DNA of 64,000 nt from Octopus sinensis (Eukaryota): NCBI RefSeq assembly GCF_006345805.1, contig NC_043011.1:65484464-65548463 (forward strand). Reading direction: 5' to 3'. Shown here piece by piece: positions 16,362 through 31,935 of this stretch. The notes under the pieces were generated by a model. It did not search any database, had not been told where the DNA came from, and was given only the letters and a program-made list of their open reading frames with translations. Position 1 is the stretch's first letter. Every line of letters starts with the position of its first letter. The translations under genes and the position numbers were made by a program.

Positions 16362-16734
16362 TATTCTCTGAATCACTTTTAAACCGAATGTATGGTCGTA
16401 TATTGTATTTTGTATATTCGTATGTAAGTTTTCAATGTTTGTAAAGTATAATGTAATGTTGGTGATACCTGATAGAGTACTTCTAAAATCTATTTTACAA
16501 TGTCAGTTATCAAACATGAATACGTAATTGAGATGAAATTGTGCATATCTACTAAATTAGGAATAATCTGGTTAAAAAGTCAAATAAAATTATTCACCCA
16601 AGCACATTTGAAAATAACATAACGAATCATAAATATTCAGATTGATATTAATTGTTTTATTTTCCATCGTAATCACCATTTGATATCAAATATCAAATTT
16701 ATGGGAAATATGCAAAACAAATACATATGATTAC

Positions 16735-16898
16735 ATTTTAAATGCTTAATTATTCCTAAAACTGTTACATTTCAAATATTGAAGATCGAATCATCGAAAA
16801 GATTTAGTTAACGCATAGAATTTCTCATTGCATTCATGTATCTAAGGAAATAACGAAGCCACAAATGCGAACAGCACAGCTGGTGAGAGAATAGCAAC
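16735..16898 (-). CDS. Paralogue A exon encoding a hydrophobic TM-like segment, with an in-frame TAG at codon 19
   Basis: Acceptor tattccttttacag; VAILSPAVLFAFVASLFP*IHECNEKFYALTKSFR*...; donor AT|gtaatc; 164 nt, phase 0 to 2; aligns with 47842-47676. Confidence 0.6.
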
Positions 16899-17246
16899 CT
16901 GTAAAAGGAATAGAAAGACGTTTTAGGAATAAATCTTGAAAGTAGTGTCATGTGACATACAGACGTGTGTCAATGGGAATATATTTTTATTTATTCTTTT
17001 TCTTAGAGAACATAAAAATGCGGATTCGTTTGGGGTATTGAAAACATAGGCGGTGAACTGAAGCAAATATGCATGACAACCTCTATGATACCGATGTCGT
17101 CCATGACCAGTTTTCACTGCTTTACATTTAGAGGATAACAAAGAGAGAATTACTATGTAGGTGTAGGTTGAATCTTAGTTATTTCGCTCATGAAAAGATA
17201 GGGACAATGTTGCGTAACAGTTTTAGCTGTGTATCGCTATTGAATA

Positions 17247-19195
<1,949 letters not shown>

Positions 19196-20598
19196 AGCAA
19201 TACCAGTTTCTTTGCAGCGTATAATTATGTTAATATGTATTGTACCCTCTCTGTAACTTGATACACGAATTAGAGTAGTTGAACATGTATGTCACAGATA
19301 TACAGAATTACTTATCATATTCTAAATTAAATTATATTAATACTCTCATTATTGCCAAAGTGATTAGACCTTGGGATCATTACTGAAGATTATGTAATGG
19401 ATCTGCAGTACAGTATATTAAGACATAATTTTGTAAATATGGTTGTAATAACTTTTTTTATATGTAAATACTGGAGTAGACTGGGTGTGGAATCAATGAT
19501 AATACAATAATTGTTATACAGCTCATAAGATGATATCGCTTACCTTAAGTCGACTGTCAGCACCCTCAAAAACAGAAGAAAATCATGAAATCATGCATGT
19601 GCCAAAACAGTTAATTTATTTCATCTGCACATATATATCTTACTTAGGATTATATGGATTCCATTTCACAAAGGTCGTTATACTTTTGTGATCAGTGATA
19701 ACTGAGCAGAACTAATCTTTGACGTTCCCCGTGTGCATTAGTAACTGTAGTTGATTAAATGTGATGTTATCGAAGTATGACAAGCTATAAACTTTATTTT
19801 ACCGATGATTTGCTGACCATAATTTCGAAGTACACTGATAATCCGAATATTGCCAAAACGATGTATAATATTATATTATAATATATTATATCACATATTC
19901 GAACGTTAATACGTATTATATTATTTTTCATCCGATGATGAAACTAACCTACAGCCAATTGGTGTCGTCAAATTATATTAAGTAAAACTAATCATAAATA
20001 TTTTTTGATCCAGGCGTGTTCCACGCAATAGAATGAGAATAATGTGAAGTTACCTTACAGTAGTGTGGTTGTACTTAAGTTATACACCACGTGGGCATAA
20101 GACGCAAACTATACTACGAAACAATTCAATGAAACATGGGCATTGGAAATATTTTTCGATTGTTTTATCCATATATATTTATCCATATATATATCCATAT
20201 ATATTCAACGATAATTTAACTGCCTTGTTCCTAGTGTTTCTCTTCTATGTAGAATATGTCAAAATAAATGCTTATTTAAGATATCTATATTTACAAACAC
20301 TTTTGCCACTTATAATTGTTCTCTACATCAATGTTAATCATACATTTGAAATTAACAGCAGCATATATATATTCAGACCATATAGAAGATATTTGTGCCC
20401 TATCATAAAAAAATTTCAGAATGTGACTCTTATATTCGCCAAATAAACACTCTGCCTCGTCTTGTCGAATGACATTCCACTCTCACTTTCAGATAGAATA
20501 TAATAGTGCTTTCGGAGGAAAGTTATTCTCTGATAGAGGGGAAATTTAATTTAATGCAGTGACGAGGACAAATGCAATAATAATTACAAATAACTTAC

Positions 20599-20683
20599 GG
20601 AGCACGAGTGATTCTCTTTTAATATCTCGTAACACTCCGGGTCGATTCTAGGTGTCAAACAACTGAATAAACTTTTGTAGCCC
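20599..20683 (-). CDS. Intact 85-nt exon of paralogue A (GYKSLFSCLTPRIDPECYEILKENHSCS)
   Basis: Acceptor ctgctttttccag, donor GTAAGTT, phase 2 to 0; joins the upstream exon ending GCT AG|gt; open and conserved in copy B (51199-51115). Confidence 0.8.
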
Positions 20684-21306
20684 CTGGAAAAAGCAGATAT
20701 ATTTTAAAACGATCTTTCAAAATTTCCATAGAAACTGATCGATTTTGTAAATTCTATTCGATGTAACCGAAATTCACAGTTAGTATGAACACGAGCATAT
20801 TTCTACTCATCTTCCTTTGCTATTCCCCCCGCCACAAACACAAACACAAACACGCACAAACAAACACACATACACAAGGAACGCCTGTTGCAATACGCTT
20901 TAAGTTCCCTCCTTTCTTTGCGCCATACGTAGCTGGTCAGGATGTAAGGTTTGCTTTGCAGACAGGGCAAGAATCCTCAAAAGGAAATGAATTAAACATT
21001 CTGGAAATTTATATTTATTGAAGGCAGCTTTCTAAAATGTTTTATCCTAAACATTCGGATTCTCCAATCGCTGAGGAGTGCCACCGTAGATCCTCACGAT
21101 AATACCACGGCAAGAGCTCATGCAAGGGGAATGACTCCAGACAGCCTGCAGCAGGTAGAAATAATTTTGTTTATAAAACAACCTAAAAGCAACGTATTTC
21201 TCCCTCCAGATCTCAGGTTTGAGATTATGGACATCAGGTTATTGACCACAGGGCTGTCAAGTGCCTTATAGATGTGACACTAATAGTCACTGTATGCATG
21301 GCTAGA

Positions 21307-21349
<43 letters not shown>

Positions 21350-21354
<5 letters not shown>

Positions 21355-21655
21355 CTTAGAATAACTTAGAAAGGTTTTGGCCAGTATTGGCCCAGGCCAT
21401 GTCTAACTTAATAGCACCACCTGGTGAAGTCTTTCAGTTCAGGATTTGGGCACCAAGGCCCATTCGAGCAGAGAGTTATTGTTTGCGGAGACATATCCGG
21501 GTGTGGGTGGTTTGTCCGGTACAGTTTGAAGGAATTTGTCCAAAGACTTCTTGAATTTTGTGTGGTCAGTTTCTTTTTTGACGTGCCATGGTGTAATGTT
21601 GAAGAGAGCAGGTCCAATTGAGGTGAAATAGTTGTGCCGTATTGTCGTTATGTGA
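21350..21655 (-). mobile_element. CR1/L2-like LINE 3' end
   Basis: Minus frame RHNYFTSIGPALFNITP...FKKSLDKFLQTVPDKPPTPGYVSANNNSLLEW, then a short UTR and a (tctaagtta) repeated tail. Confidence 0.8.
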
Positions 21656-21679
21656 TGCGATTTAGATTTTTAGATTAAA

Positions 21680-21790
21680 AAAACAAAGGACGAAGACGGG
21701 TGTGTAACCGTCAAAATATGTATTAGTTTAGCACTCACGAAGTGAGAAAGTCTTTCACGTTTCGAACCTACGCTCTTTGACAGAACGGTG
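21680..21790 (-). mobile_element. Short Penelope pLTR-derived element with hammerhead remnant
   Basis: Minus strand CTGTCAA-A-GAGC-GTAG-GTTC-GAAA-CGTG; homologous to 51690-51800. Confidence 0.6.
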
Positions 21791-21794
21791 CACA

Positions 21795-22058
<264 letters not shown>

Positions 22059-22279
22059 GAGACAGAGAGAGGGAGAAAGAGAGCCACAATTTCAGATCCA
22101 CAAAGATCAGAACTGGGATATGCAATGTACGTGGCTGTATTTTCAAAGCATTGTCTTGTATAAAAAAATGTACTGCAGGTGCCATTTTGGTTATATGTTT
22201 TAGGTACAGGAAGAGGTCAAACTCTGCACAAGGCTCAGACAACCATCATTTATACATACATTCATACATACATACTTAA

Positions 22280-22310
<31 letters not shown>

Positions 22311-25173
22311 CATACATACATACATACATACATACATACATAAGTGTAAATATCTAACGATCGAAATGTAGGAAAATTGTAAATTTTAAGGAATCCATGG
22401 CAAGAATATTAAACAAAAAATCAAATGTGCACCTTCATAAAATGTTAATACATTTTTACCCACAATCCAATTACGTTGAATTTCGATTGGCTAAATATTT
22501 CTGTATAGCTCATGTTTGGCAAATACGAGTTCGTATATAAATCCTAATTTATGTACTGGAACATGTAAAATCTAGAATACATATGGGTACTACCTAGCAG
22601 ATCCTCTGATGTAATAATCACTAAACGAAGTGTACTCAGCCACCTTCTCATCAGGCCGAGGATACATTAATGATATGAAGGTTACATTGTCATTTCGTAA
22701 TCTCAAGTCGACAAATACATAATCTGCCATGAATTTGTAAATCAAATATAGATTTGTATGAGTTTTTGCAGGTAATTGCATATATAAATAGTTGCGTTTA
22801 TAAGAATTATTCTAATTATTGTAGGTTTTGTATAATACACACTTGCAGTCTCTCCTTTCCACATGAAATCTCAATTCGCGGTCGCAGATGTTTAATGCTA
22901 CTAACATGCACATCCTCCAAGTGGCGCAGGTCACTCCATCTGTAATGCAAAAATATAATTCGTTTTTATTTCGTAGAAGGATTTCATCCATACCATCCAC
23001 CATTATATACATCCAGAAAGCCGAATTATTATATTGTGGAAACTGAGGTTGAATCATAAAATTGCTGTATATGTCAAGCGAAAAGCTCCTGAAGTAGATG
23101 AAGGGCGACTGTTGGACTCGGATTATTTTGGAAGACATTTTTTATTTCTCGAAAACAGAAGTTACATTTTTCATGCTCGTTCAAATATCCTGCAGAAGAT
23201 CGACAACGGCTTCATCCAGGCGTTCGTTATTGATATTGTAATAACCAAAGAGTCCACTTTATCAATGACGTATTCTTAAAGGCATCCAGCCCATGCTGCT
23301 GTTATAGTTATTCAGAATTTCCTTTCAAATGTCAACCGACATTTTCTCTATTGTTGTTTCTCGTTCATAGCATAGTCAGAATTTGTAGATATAAATTTTG
23401 CCTGTCTTGTGTCAAATAAACATTTTAAATCTTGGTAATTTTGGAGGTAAATAAATGCCTGATACGATTTGTGCGATTTGGTGAATATTATGCAGTAATG
23501 GGTGCTGTTCTGAAAATAATTCTCAGAAGGGCACTTGGGTGATTCAAAATATGCATAATGCATAATGTAGGATTAACTGATATTTGATAACCCAAAATTA
23601 ATATATATTAACCCTTAATCCATGGGATAATTACGTGTGTGTGTGTGTGTGTGTTTGTTTGTATGTGGGGAATATTTGCTTGTGTGTGTGAGTAGGCGTG
23701 CGTTTAAAAAAGATATTTAAAAATGAGACAATTTTGTTGTCTCATTTAATTTCTTCTACAATTATAAAACAGAATATCGTTCCTTTTATCTCTATTAGCA
23801 AAACCCAGTTTGATCCATTCTCACTTCTGCATTTAATTTGTTTTCTTCTCTTAAAGATACATCATAAGAGCTTGAGGCATAACATTAATGGTCGTACAGT
23901 CAGGGTCTACTCAGTTTAATCTTATTTTTCGTAAGAGTATAGATATTTTCATTAATTTCATTGTTCGATCCAGCATTATAGATTCTGTTGAAAAGGTCTG
24001 TGGGTTAGTCAATAAAAAAATCGTCTAATATTACATATTACAAATGCGACAAGCATATGGGCTTTACCTTCAAATATCTATTTACTCATTTATTTACTGA
24101 TAGCTTGGAGTTTTCTAGGGATTACAATCCCAAATACAATTACATGGATTGTAAGATTTTCTCGAGGCTTTCATCCACAATAATTGCCTTACTTTCTCAA
24201 TGCATATATTAATGATCACAATCATAAATGCAAATTTCCTCGTTTGAGTAAATAACTCCCATTTTGGAAATTATCGTTTCACTCTCTGACAGTTCTCGGA
24301 AATATTCATACATTCTACTTTCGATGTTTCTGCCGAGATTCTCAATGTGAACAGATTCTCTTTCGAGCGAACATGACTCAAACATACTGCATGTACTTTG
24401 AAAGAAGTTTTGTTGTGATTATAATTCTTAAGACCACAGTTCACTGTGTTTAGCGTTCAAACATTAATTAGATTATTTCCAATCATTGGCTACCAGACTT
24501 AGTTTTGGATGCTTCAAAGAAAATGCTATTATGTCACTAATTCACCAGCCACCGTATATAATAGCGTGCTCATAAAGTTTTAGTAATATCTCGTTTAGAA
24601 TAAAAGGCTTTCATAATCCTTTGTTTGTTATATTGGATTCAAAAGGTAGCCATGAAAATACACCAGGTTTTACCTAATCCAGTAGATATGAGTTGTGACG
24701 GAATGATGCGTGTTATTGCCGTACCTAAATGATATCTTAAGCGATTATATTTTCAGCGTGGCAAACCAGAATAATAAACACATTTAAATGTATGACTATG
24801 AGGAATATGAATAAGGCTCATTAGATACTTCTCTTTGCACGTGGTAACGAAAATGTCTTATAAAAGTGAAAAATGTCCAGAAAATCCAAATTAAGAAATT
24901 TAAAATTTCAAAGACATTCGTTAAAAAGAAACGGGAAAATTAAACAGAAAGATTTTATCAGGAAGAGCGAACGACAGGATATTGAACAAGTGCAAAATGA
25001 AATCTGATGTTTTGGAGGAAAAATGTTTTATGATGAATGCTATCAAGAAAATGTTAAAAATAAACACTACGTATGTGCGTGTGTGTGTATTCTTATATTT
25101 CCCGAAATATTGCAATATCTGAGGCACCAAACGGTTTCACAACGGAACATTGCAACACAAATGCAGGCTTACC

Positions 25174-25271
<98 letters not shown>

Positions 25272-25984
25272 ACAAAGTGAAAGAGAGTGGGGTGATGAGA
25301 GAGAGAGAGAGAGAGCGAGAGTGAGACAGAGAGGATTATAAATAATATTTAGACAAATATCATTTAGCTAGAAATTATGAATAAATATAAATGTATTATG
25401 TGAACTCTACAATCAAAAGGCTAGAAAGATAGATGCCTTGATTGTTATTATCATCGCCATTTTAGATACTAATGGACATGGGAATGGAATACATAACATA
25501 TATACTTACTTAAATGATATAGAAAAATAAATAGAAAATATATCATAATGACGTTGCCAGAGGTAGGATTCATCTTTCTGATCAAACTGAAGTCATCTGC
25601 ATATCGCAGTTTCTTAAAGAAATAAGTATGATGTAACACATGTTTGGCTCTTAATACAGATATACGCCAACTGCTCTTCATGTTTGTTCCTAGAGATAAA
25701 ATTGACATTGAATATTTCATATGTGACTTTTTCAGAATTTATTTTACGTGCATACTCGTCTTTTTCTTAAGCCGTCCTGGTTTATTATCCTGAATTGACG
25801 CGACAGCGCCATTGAATTTAAGACCTATAATGTGTGACGTGTCACTATGCAGGCTTAACATTTGCGGAAGTGTTTATGGAAAGAGAGCAATAGACAACCA
25901 GATGTTTTCGTTCGGTTGATTGTATCTCCGTAGGACTAATGCCCTTGGTTGGTCTGGGTAGTACGATCACACAAACAGTAGAGT

Positions 25985-26200
25985 GTACACTGCTTTTATC
26001 TTTAAATATATCAAACTGACAATGGGTGTCTGTCTGTGTGTTTCCCTAAAACTTGAGAACTACACAACCAATTCCATTCAAATTTTACACATGCCTTACT
26101 TAGGGTCCATGTAGTTTCATGGGCAAAAGAATGTTCAACTTCTTGCCTAGAGCGAGCCCATAGCAATATCATATCTTCTCCACTATTTCAGTATTACATG
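25985..26200 (+). mobile_element. Helentron-associated (HINE/DINE-1-like) non-autonomous fragment
   Basis: atatatcaaactgacaatg-(gtct)n-ccctaaaacttgagaactacacaaccaattccattcaaatttt resembles the HINE 5' organisation (subTIR, microsatellite, core). Confidence 0.45.
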
Positions 26201-27028
26201 TTAAATGTGAAACAAAAACGTTTCTCTATTTTATGTCAGGTACTTTCAGTTTAACGATAAAATTTATAATAACAATTGAATTATATGTAGTAAGTAATAA
26301 TTAAAATCAAACTAAAGTATAATATGATCGTAACATAACAATAATAAAAATAGCAATTGGTATTAAATTGCATCAATGACTTGAACTTGAATAAGTGGTT
26401 TCACATGAATGGGAATAAATTAAGAATAAAATTAGCGTGCAGAAATGGAATAGTCCAGATGGATAATAAAAACATTTAATTAAAGAAAATACTATAGTCT
26501 ATAAAGTATACAATGTAGAGAAAACAGATTTGAACACCTGGAGAAAAGCACCATCGAAATATATCTTGGTGCGACTATGAATGGTATCTAATCAGAGGCG
26601 GTAAATTCGCCACAATAGAAGCAAGGTTCGAGTCAACGGAGCGTGGAATGGAGTACTCGACTCGAACTTGCAAAGTGGAAATATTTTAATTTTACCTTTA
26701 TGTCTGGGACGTAGGACGTCCCGGAAAAGAATTAAAAATGCACCCCTCCACCAGAAGTAGAGGTAGGCTGGATTGTAGCCACACTTCTATACAAAAGGGA
26801 GGACAAGATACAATTGATCGAAATTACAAGAGACGAGCTAACATTTCCAGTCTGTTATATATTTTGAGTATTCTTATCACAAGCGATATCAAGATATAAC
26901 TTTGTATTTTATATGTTATGTGTAGATGTATATATATAGATGTACGTGTAATATGTACACATATATATATACACATATATACATACACCAGCACTGTGAC
27001 ACGGCAACGACGGGTCTTTATTGCTAGT

Positions 27029-27088
<60 letters not shown>

Positions 27089-27547
27089 AATTACAACGTT
27101 ATTAAATACATGCACATATATATATATACATATGAATATTTCTTGTCCCTAATAAATATAAAAAGTTATCTATAACTCATTTATTTAATATAATTGTTGA
27201 ATTATTTATTTTTTTAAATCAGCTATGGCATTTTTTCCTTGCTAAGTACTTCCCAATTCAATGTGTATTCCTTATTTTGTCCATAATTCATCTAATTATG
27301 CTCATGTTAGATTCTTTCCTCCTATCATTATCGTGCTTTCAAGCTTGGCTATCCATCTTTTGATATGATTTTCTTCATCTTTCCTTATATTATCAATAAT
27401 AATATTTATATTGTGACTTATATTTTATGTTCGATGATGCAACAATAAGTATTATCATATATATTAAATTATTTGCAATACAGTTTTTATTATCGAACTT
27501 GTTGATATAATCATTATAATCATCATCATCACCGTCATCAACAACAC

Positions 27548-27581
<34 letters not shown>

Positions 27582-27589
27582 GTTATCTA

Positions 27590-30500
27590 TTTTTTCTTCT
27601 TCTTTCAAATTTGCTTCCATTTCTTGCCGAGTGTCTTCCCGAGTCCTAGGGCAAAGAAACTCATAGTATACATTGTTGGGCCAATACACTAAACTCACTA
27701 ATTCGTTCATTTTTTTTTAATGTTAAATTAAAATACATGGGTAGTAATAGTTCTCAACAATACGTGTGATGTACCAGTTAAGACAATCTTTTGCATTTCT
27801 TTCAAGTTTTGGTAAGCCAGGGATCATTTTCATATAATTTTCGGTTCCCTTCTTGATCATTCCTAGGGCTTCTACGATCACTGGTATTGTAATCGCTTTG
27901 AGATGCCACATTTTCTCAATTTCAATGAGCAAGTCTTTATATTTTCTGAGCTTGTCAAACTCTTTTGCCGAGATATTATGATCACAGGGGATGCTCATGT
28001 CGATCAAGAAGCAAAATTTATTGTTTTGGTCTTTCACAACAATATCCGGTTTATTGGCTTTGATGGTTCGGTCTGTATGTACTGGAAAGTCCCACAGAAT
28101 CGTTACATTTTCTAATTCAGTTACAGCCTCAGGGTGGTGATTATACCACTTGTTAGCAGTGTTGATATTGTAATGCCGACTTATTAGCCAGTGTAGGTAT
28201 TGGCCAACTCTGTCATGTCTTAATTTATACTCCACTGGTGCTAAGACTTTACATCCAGAGATTAGGTAGTCCACTGTTTCAATCATGTTGCTGCAGAATC
28301 AGCATTTTGTGTCTGCTCCATTTTTCATCACATTGGCCTGGTAGTTCCGGGTTAATAGGCTTTGATGTTGAGCAGCCACGATGAAACCTTCGCTCTCTGT
28401 TTTTAGCCCTGAGCTTCGTAGCCACTGCTGGGTTTGCTTCTGGTCAACATCAGCTTGTTTGCCACGGGCCACATATTTGCCGTGCAGAGGTTTCTCCTCC
28501 CACCTACCAGCCAATTGCTCGTGCGCTTTTTTCGTTGCCATTATTTTCACCTTCTTAGCAACAATAGTTGCCGTACTTCCCTCGGGTTGTTCAATTTGGG
28601 TATCCTGCACGAGGTCAATAGCAAATTTGTTTTCTTTCCTTTATGATAGAATGAAGCTTCTTTCGTCTCTCGTGATTTTCCACGAGCATTAGCATCCAGT
28701 CATTCATTATTTCAAGACATTTGGCCAGTCCAATTGTGGTGGTTTTGTGAGCTAGTTCAAATTGGATCAGGCCTCGACCTCCTTGGGCTCTGGGAAGGTA
28801 AAGGCGATCTACGTCTGCCTTTGGGTGGTGCAACCTATTACAAATCAGCAGCTTCCGTATTTCCATATCTATATTCTTTACTTCACTTATATTCCAGTTC
28901 AACACATTGTATCTATAAGTAACAACTGGAACTGCTAAAGAATTTATAGCTATCACCTTGTTACGTGTAATTAGTTCAGATTTCAGGACTGCAAGAACTC
29001 TTCTATAACATTCCTTCCTGATCTTCTCTCTCATGCTTGCATGCTGAATAACAGAGCCTTCATTTATCCCTAAATATGTGTATGTTTGTTCTTGCTCAAA
29101 CTCTATTATGACTGTGACAACATCTAATACGATGAATTTGTGGTCTTCACTTTCCGTTTCTGGAAAGTGGCCTTAGCACACTTCTGAAGTCCAAACTCCA
29201 TCCCGATGTCATCGCCGAAGGCTTTCACAGTGCGCAATAAGACTTCAAGTTCATTATCGTCTTTACCATAGAGTTTTAAGTCATCCATATAAAATAGATG
29301 GCTTATTTTTTTATTGATAATTTTATACCCATACCCTGTTCTGTTTAATTCACTTGTAACGGGCATTAGGGCTATGCAGAATATTAAAGATGAAAGTGAG
29401 TCACCTTGAAAAATTCCACTGATGATGTTTATATTTTCTGAGGCAAGTACTCCATTAGAGTGGTATAATTGGAGATTCGTATTCCACAACGACATATTGT
29501 GCTTCAGGAAGCGTGAAATCACAGGGGAAATTTTGAAGATGTCCAGCGATCTCAAGATCCATGGATGCGGTATACTGTCGAACACCTATTTATAGTCAAT
29601 CCATGCGGAGCTGAGATTTCTACGCTTGTTGTGACGGTTCTCAAGGATCATACAATTAATTAGCAGTTGATCTTTGCATCCGTAAGAGCCTCGTCGGCAC
29701 CCTTTTTGTTCAATGGGGGACATATCGTCCTTCTCCATGAATGCATATGTTTTCTCCGCTAGGATAGATGTTAGGATTTTATATGTGGTGGATAGACAGG
29801 TTATAGGTCAATAGTTTTTTGGAAGGCTGGTTTCGTTTTTCTTTGGGAGTAGGTAAGTAATACCACTTGCTCACCATTCAGGTATTTTCTTTGTATCTCT
29901 CATAATTCCATTGAACAGCTGAACTAGCTTACCGTGTGCGCATGGGAGCGATGCGAGCCAGAAATTCGGCACACTATCTTTACCGGGGAATTTCCAATTA
30001 TGGGCCTTCGTGAGTGCCTTTCTTAGGTCAGCTATTGTGATGTCTTCCCATGCTTGTTGTTTCAAATTTTGGTAGGATCCTTCGGTTTGTATAATCGAGT
30101 CTGCATTTATGTTGTACGTCTTCTTGTCACTCCAAATCCTTTTCCAAAAGTTTTGAACTTCTTCCATGGGCGGGAGGTCTTTAACGGTTACTTTCTCCTT
30201 CCCTATTTCTCTGGAATTTTTTTTTTTTTTTTGGCAATGGATGTGAACAGCTTATTTTGCTTGTAAAACTTGTTTCTCTTCTCAAATCTTCGTATTCTTT
30301 GATCTTTGGCTTGGACTTTGTGTTTCAGCGTTTCTTTTATTGATATCATTTCTTCTCTTGGTGAGGATCCAAACTTTCTCTTCATCTTTCTTCCTGTTCT
30401 GGAACTTACATCATTTCCACAAATTAGTTCATTTAATATTGATATTTCCCCTCTCATAAATTCAATCACTTTTTCAATTTTACTTCTCCAGGATTGATTT

Positions 30501-31437
30501 CTTCCCAGGTTTGGTTTTCACTGTTTTTTCGGGCGCAAACAGCTGGTTTCAATTGCCCTAGCATAAGCGTAAATAATTTCATTTAACTCAGTAAAATCAG
30601 GTTTTAATTCTTGTATTATTTCATTTGTTACATAGTTGCCAATTTGGATTTGTTTTTTTATTTTGGTTTGTATTTGAGAGTTTATGAAGTGGTTCTCTAT
30701 CATTCATACTTGTATGTCTTACAACTTCAAGCGTATTCAAGATTTTCTGCCTCATTTCTGCCATAGATTCTCTGTGTTCTTCAGCAAATGCGAGATCTTC
30801 AGTTACTGTTGTTTTATCGTTTTCCTGGCTATCTTTAACAGGTTCAATAGAATTTCTTGTATCTTCAGGCCTTTGCGTACTTTGGTCAGATGGCAGTCTT
30901 TCAATTAAGCCTCGTGGCAGGCTATTCTTTTCATCTGATTCTTCATTTCCTTTGTGTCTTATATTTATGTCATTTTCCGTTGCGTGCTTGATCGCGCTTA
31001 TTTCACTGTCTGTGAGTCTGTTATTTCTGAGGATATCCCTCCTCACATTTGCTAATTTGTTCTCGTCCTAATAGGGTCTACTCTCTTGATTCCGTGTTCT
31101 CCATATACTGTAAGAGTTTGGTGGTTGTGGTGTTGAACTTGGTGGGCTCGAGTTGGGAGTTTCCCGTTCAATTGAGCATCCATGTCCGTATTCAGAGAGG
31201 AGTTTGTGCCAGTTGATGACTTTTCGATCCCAGGCTGGCTCTTCCCAGGGGTCGCGCTTCCAGATTAACCATAGGACAAGCGATTTGGTATACTGATTTA
31301 GTTTTCCTTTTAGTTTCCAAAAACATTTTGGTGCTACGATAATGTTATCATATTTGAGCTTTGATTGGCTCGTGGGGAGACGGCCATCATTGCCGTTACA
31401 ATTATAATCGTACCATTATAGCAGCCGTAGTCGGCTT
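27590..31437 (-). mobile_element. Dong/R4 family B copy 2, near full length (includes 5' end), decayed
   Basis: Continuous minus-strand N-terminal, RT, zinc knuckle and RLE fragments (ORFs 31046 down to 27723); same 3' UTR as 15395-15563; (TTA)n flank. Confidence 0.95.
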
Positions 31438-31844
31438 ATTATTGTTATTATCATCACCATTATTATCACTATTATCATTATCGCCACTATTACTATCATC
31501 ATTATCATCATCATCATCAATGATATTGTTTTATGCGTAGTCACAGCAGTATCTTATTATTGTTATTTTTGTTTTTTTTATCATTATCACCATCACAGTA
31601 GTGTCTGTCTGTCTCGTTGGCTGGCTGGCTGGGGGGTTGGCTTGCTGGCTGTCTTCAACGCCAGAGTTCTTGCCTGTCAAATAATACTTTCATATTTGGT
31701 TAACATATTTGGTTAAAAGAGCCGAGGTGAGGTTTGTGTTGGCTGAAATGTGTGAGTGTGTGTGTGTGTAGATAGATAGATAGATAGATAGATTATCAGC
31801 ACTATTACTAACATTATTATCATCATCACCATCATCAGTGATGT

Positions 31845-31875
<31 letters not shown>

Positions 31876-31935
31876 TATTTTTTAAGTCCCAAAAAGTTCA
31901 GATGTCTGCTACTACTTGCCTTAAGAAAAATTAAG

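Noticed and set aside
21060-21290. Possible plus-strand spliced fragment (CAG|gtagaa ... ctccag|)
   Set aside because: The intron would be only about 57 bp, the joined frames hit stops quickly, and there is no counterpart in copy B.
23034-23279. Plus-strand ORF conserved with copy B (DYFG.HF.FLE.RSYIFHARS)
   Set aside because: It lies within a minus-strand gene; the minus frame also shows synonymous changes, and there is no supporting plus-strand exon structure.
25469-25720. LRYADD / LFADD RT-like motif in minus-strand translations at about 25600 and about 255
   Set aside because: No other RT motifs are nearby, the frame has stops in the other copy, and the segment is better explained as 5' sequence preceding the signal-peptide exon.
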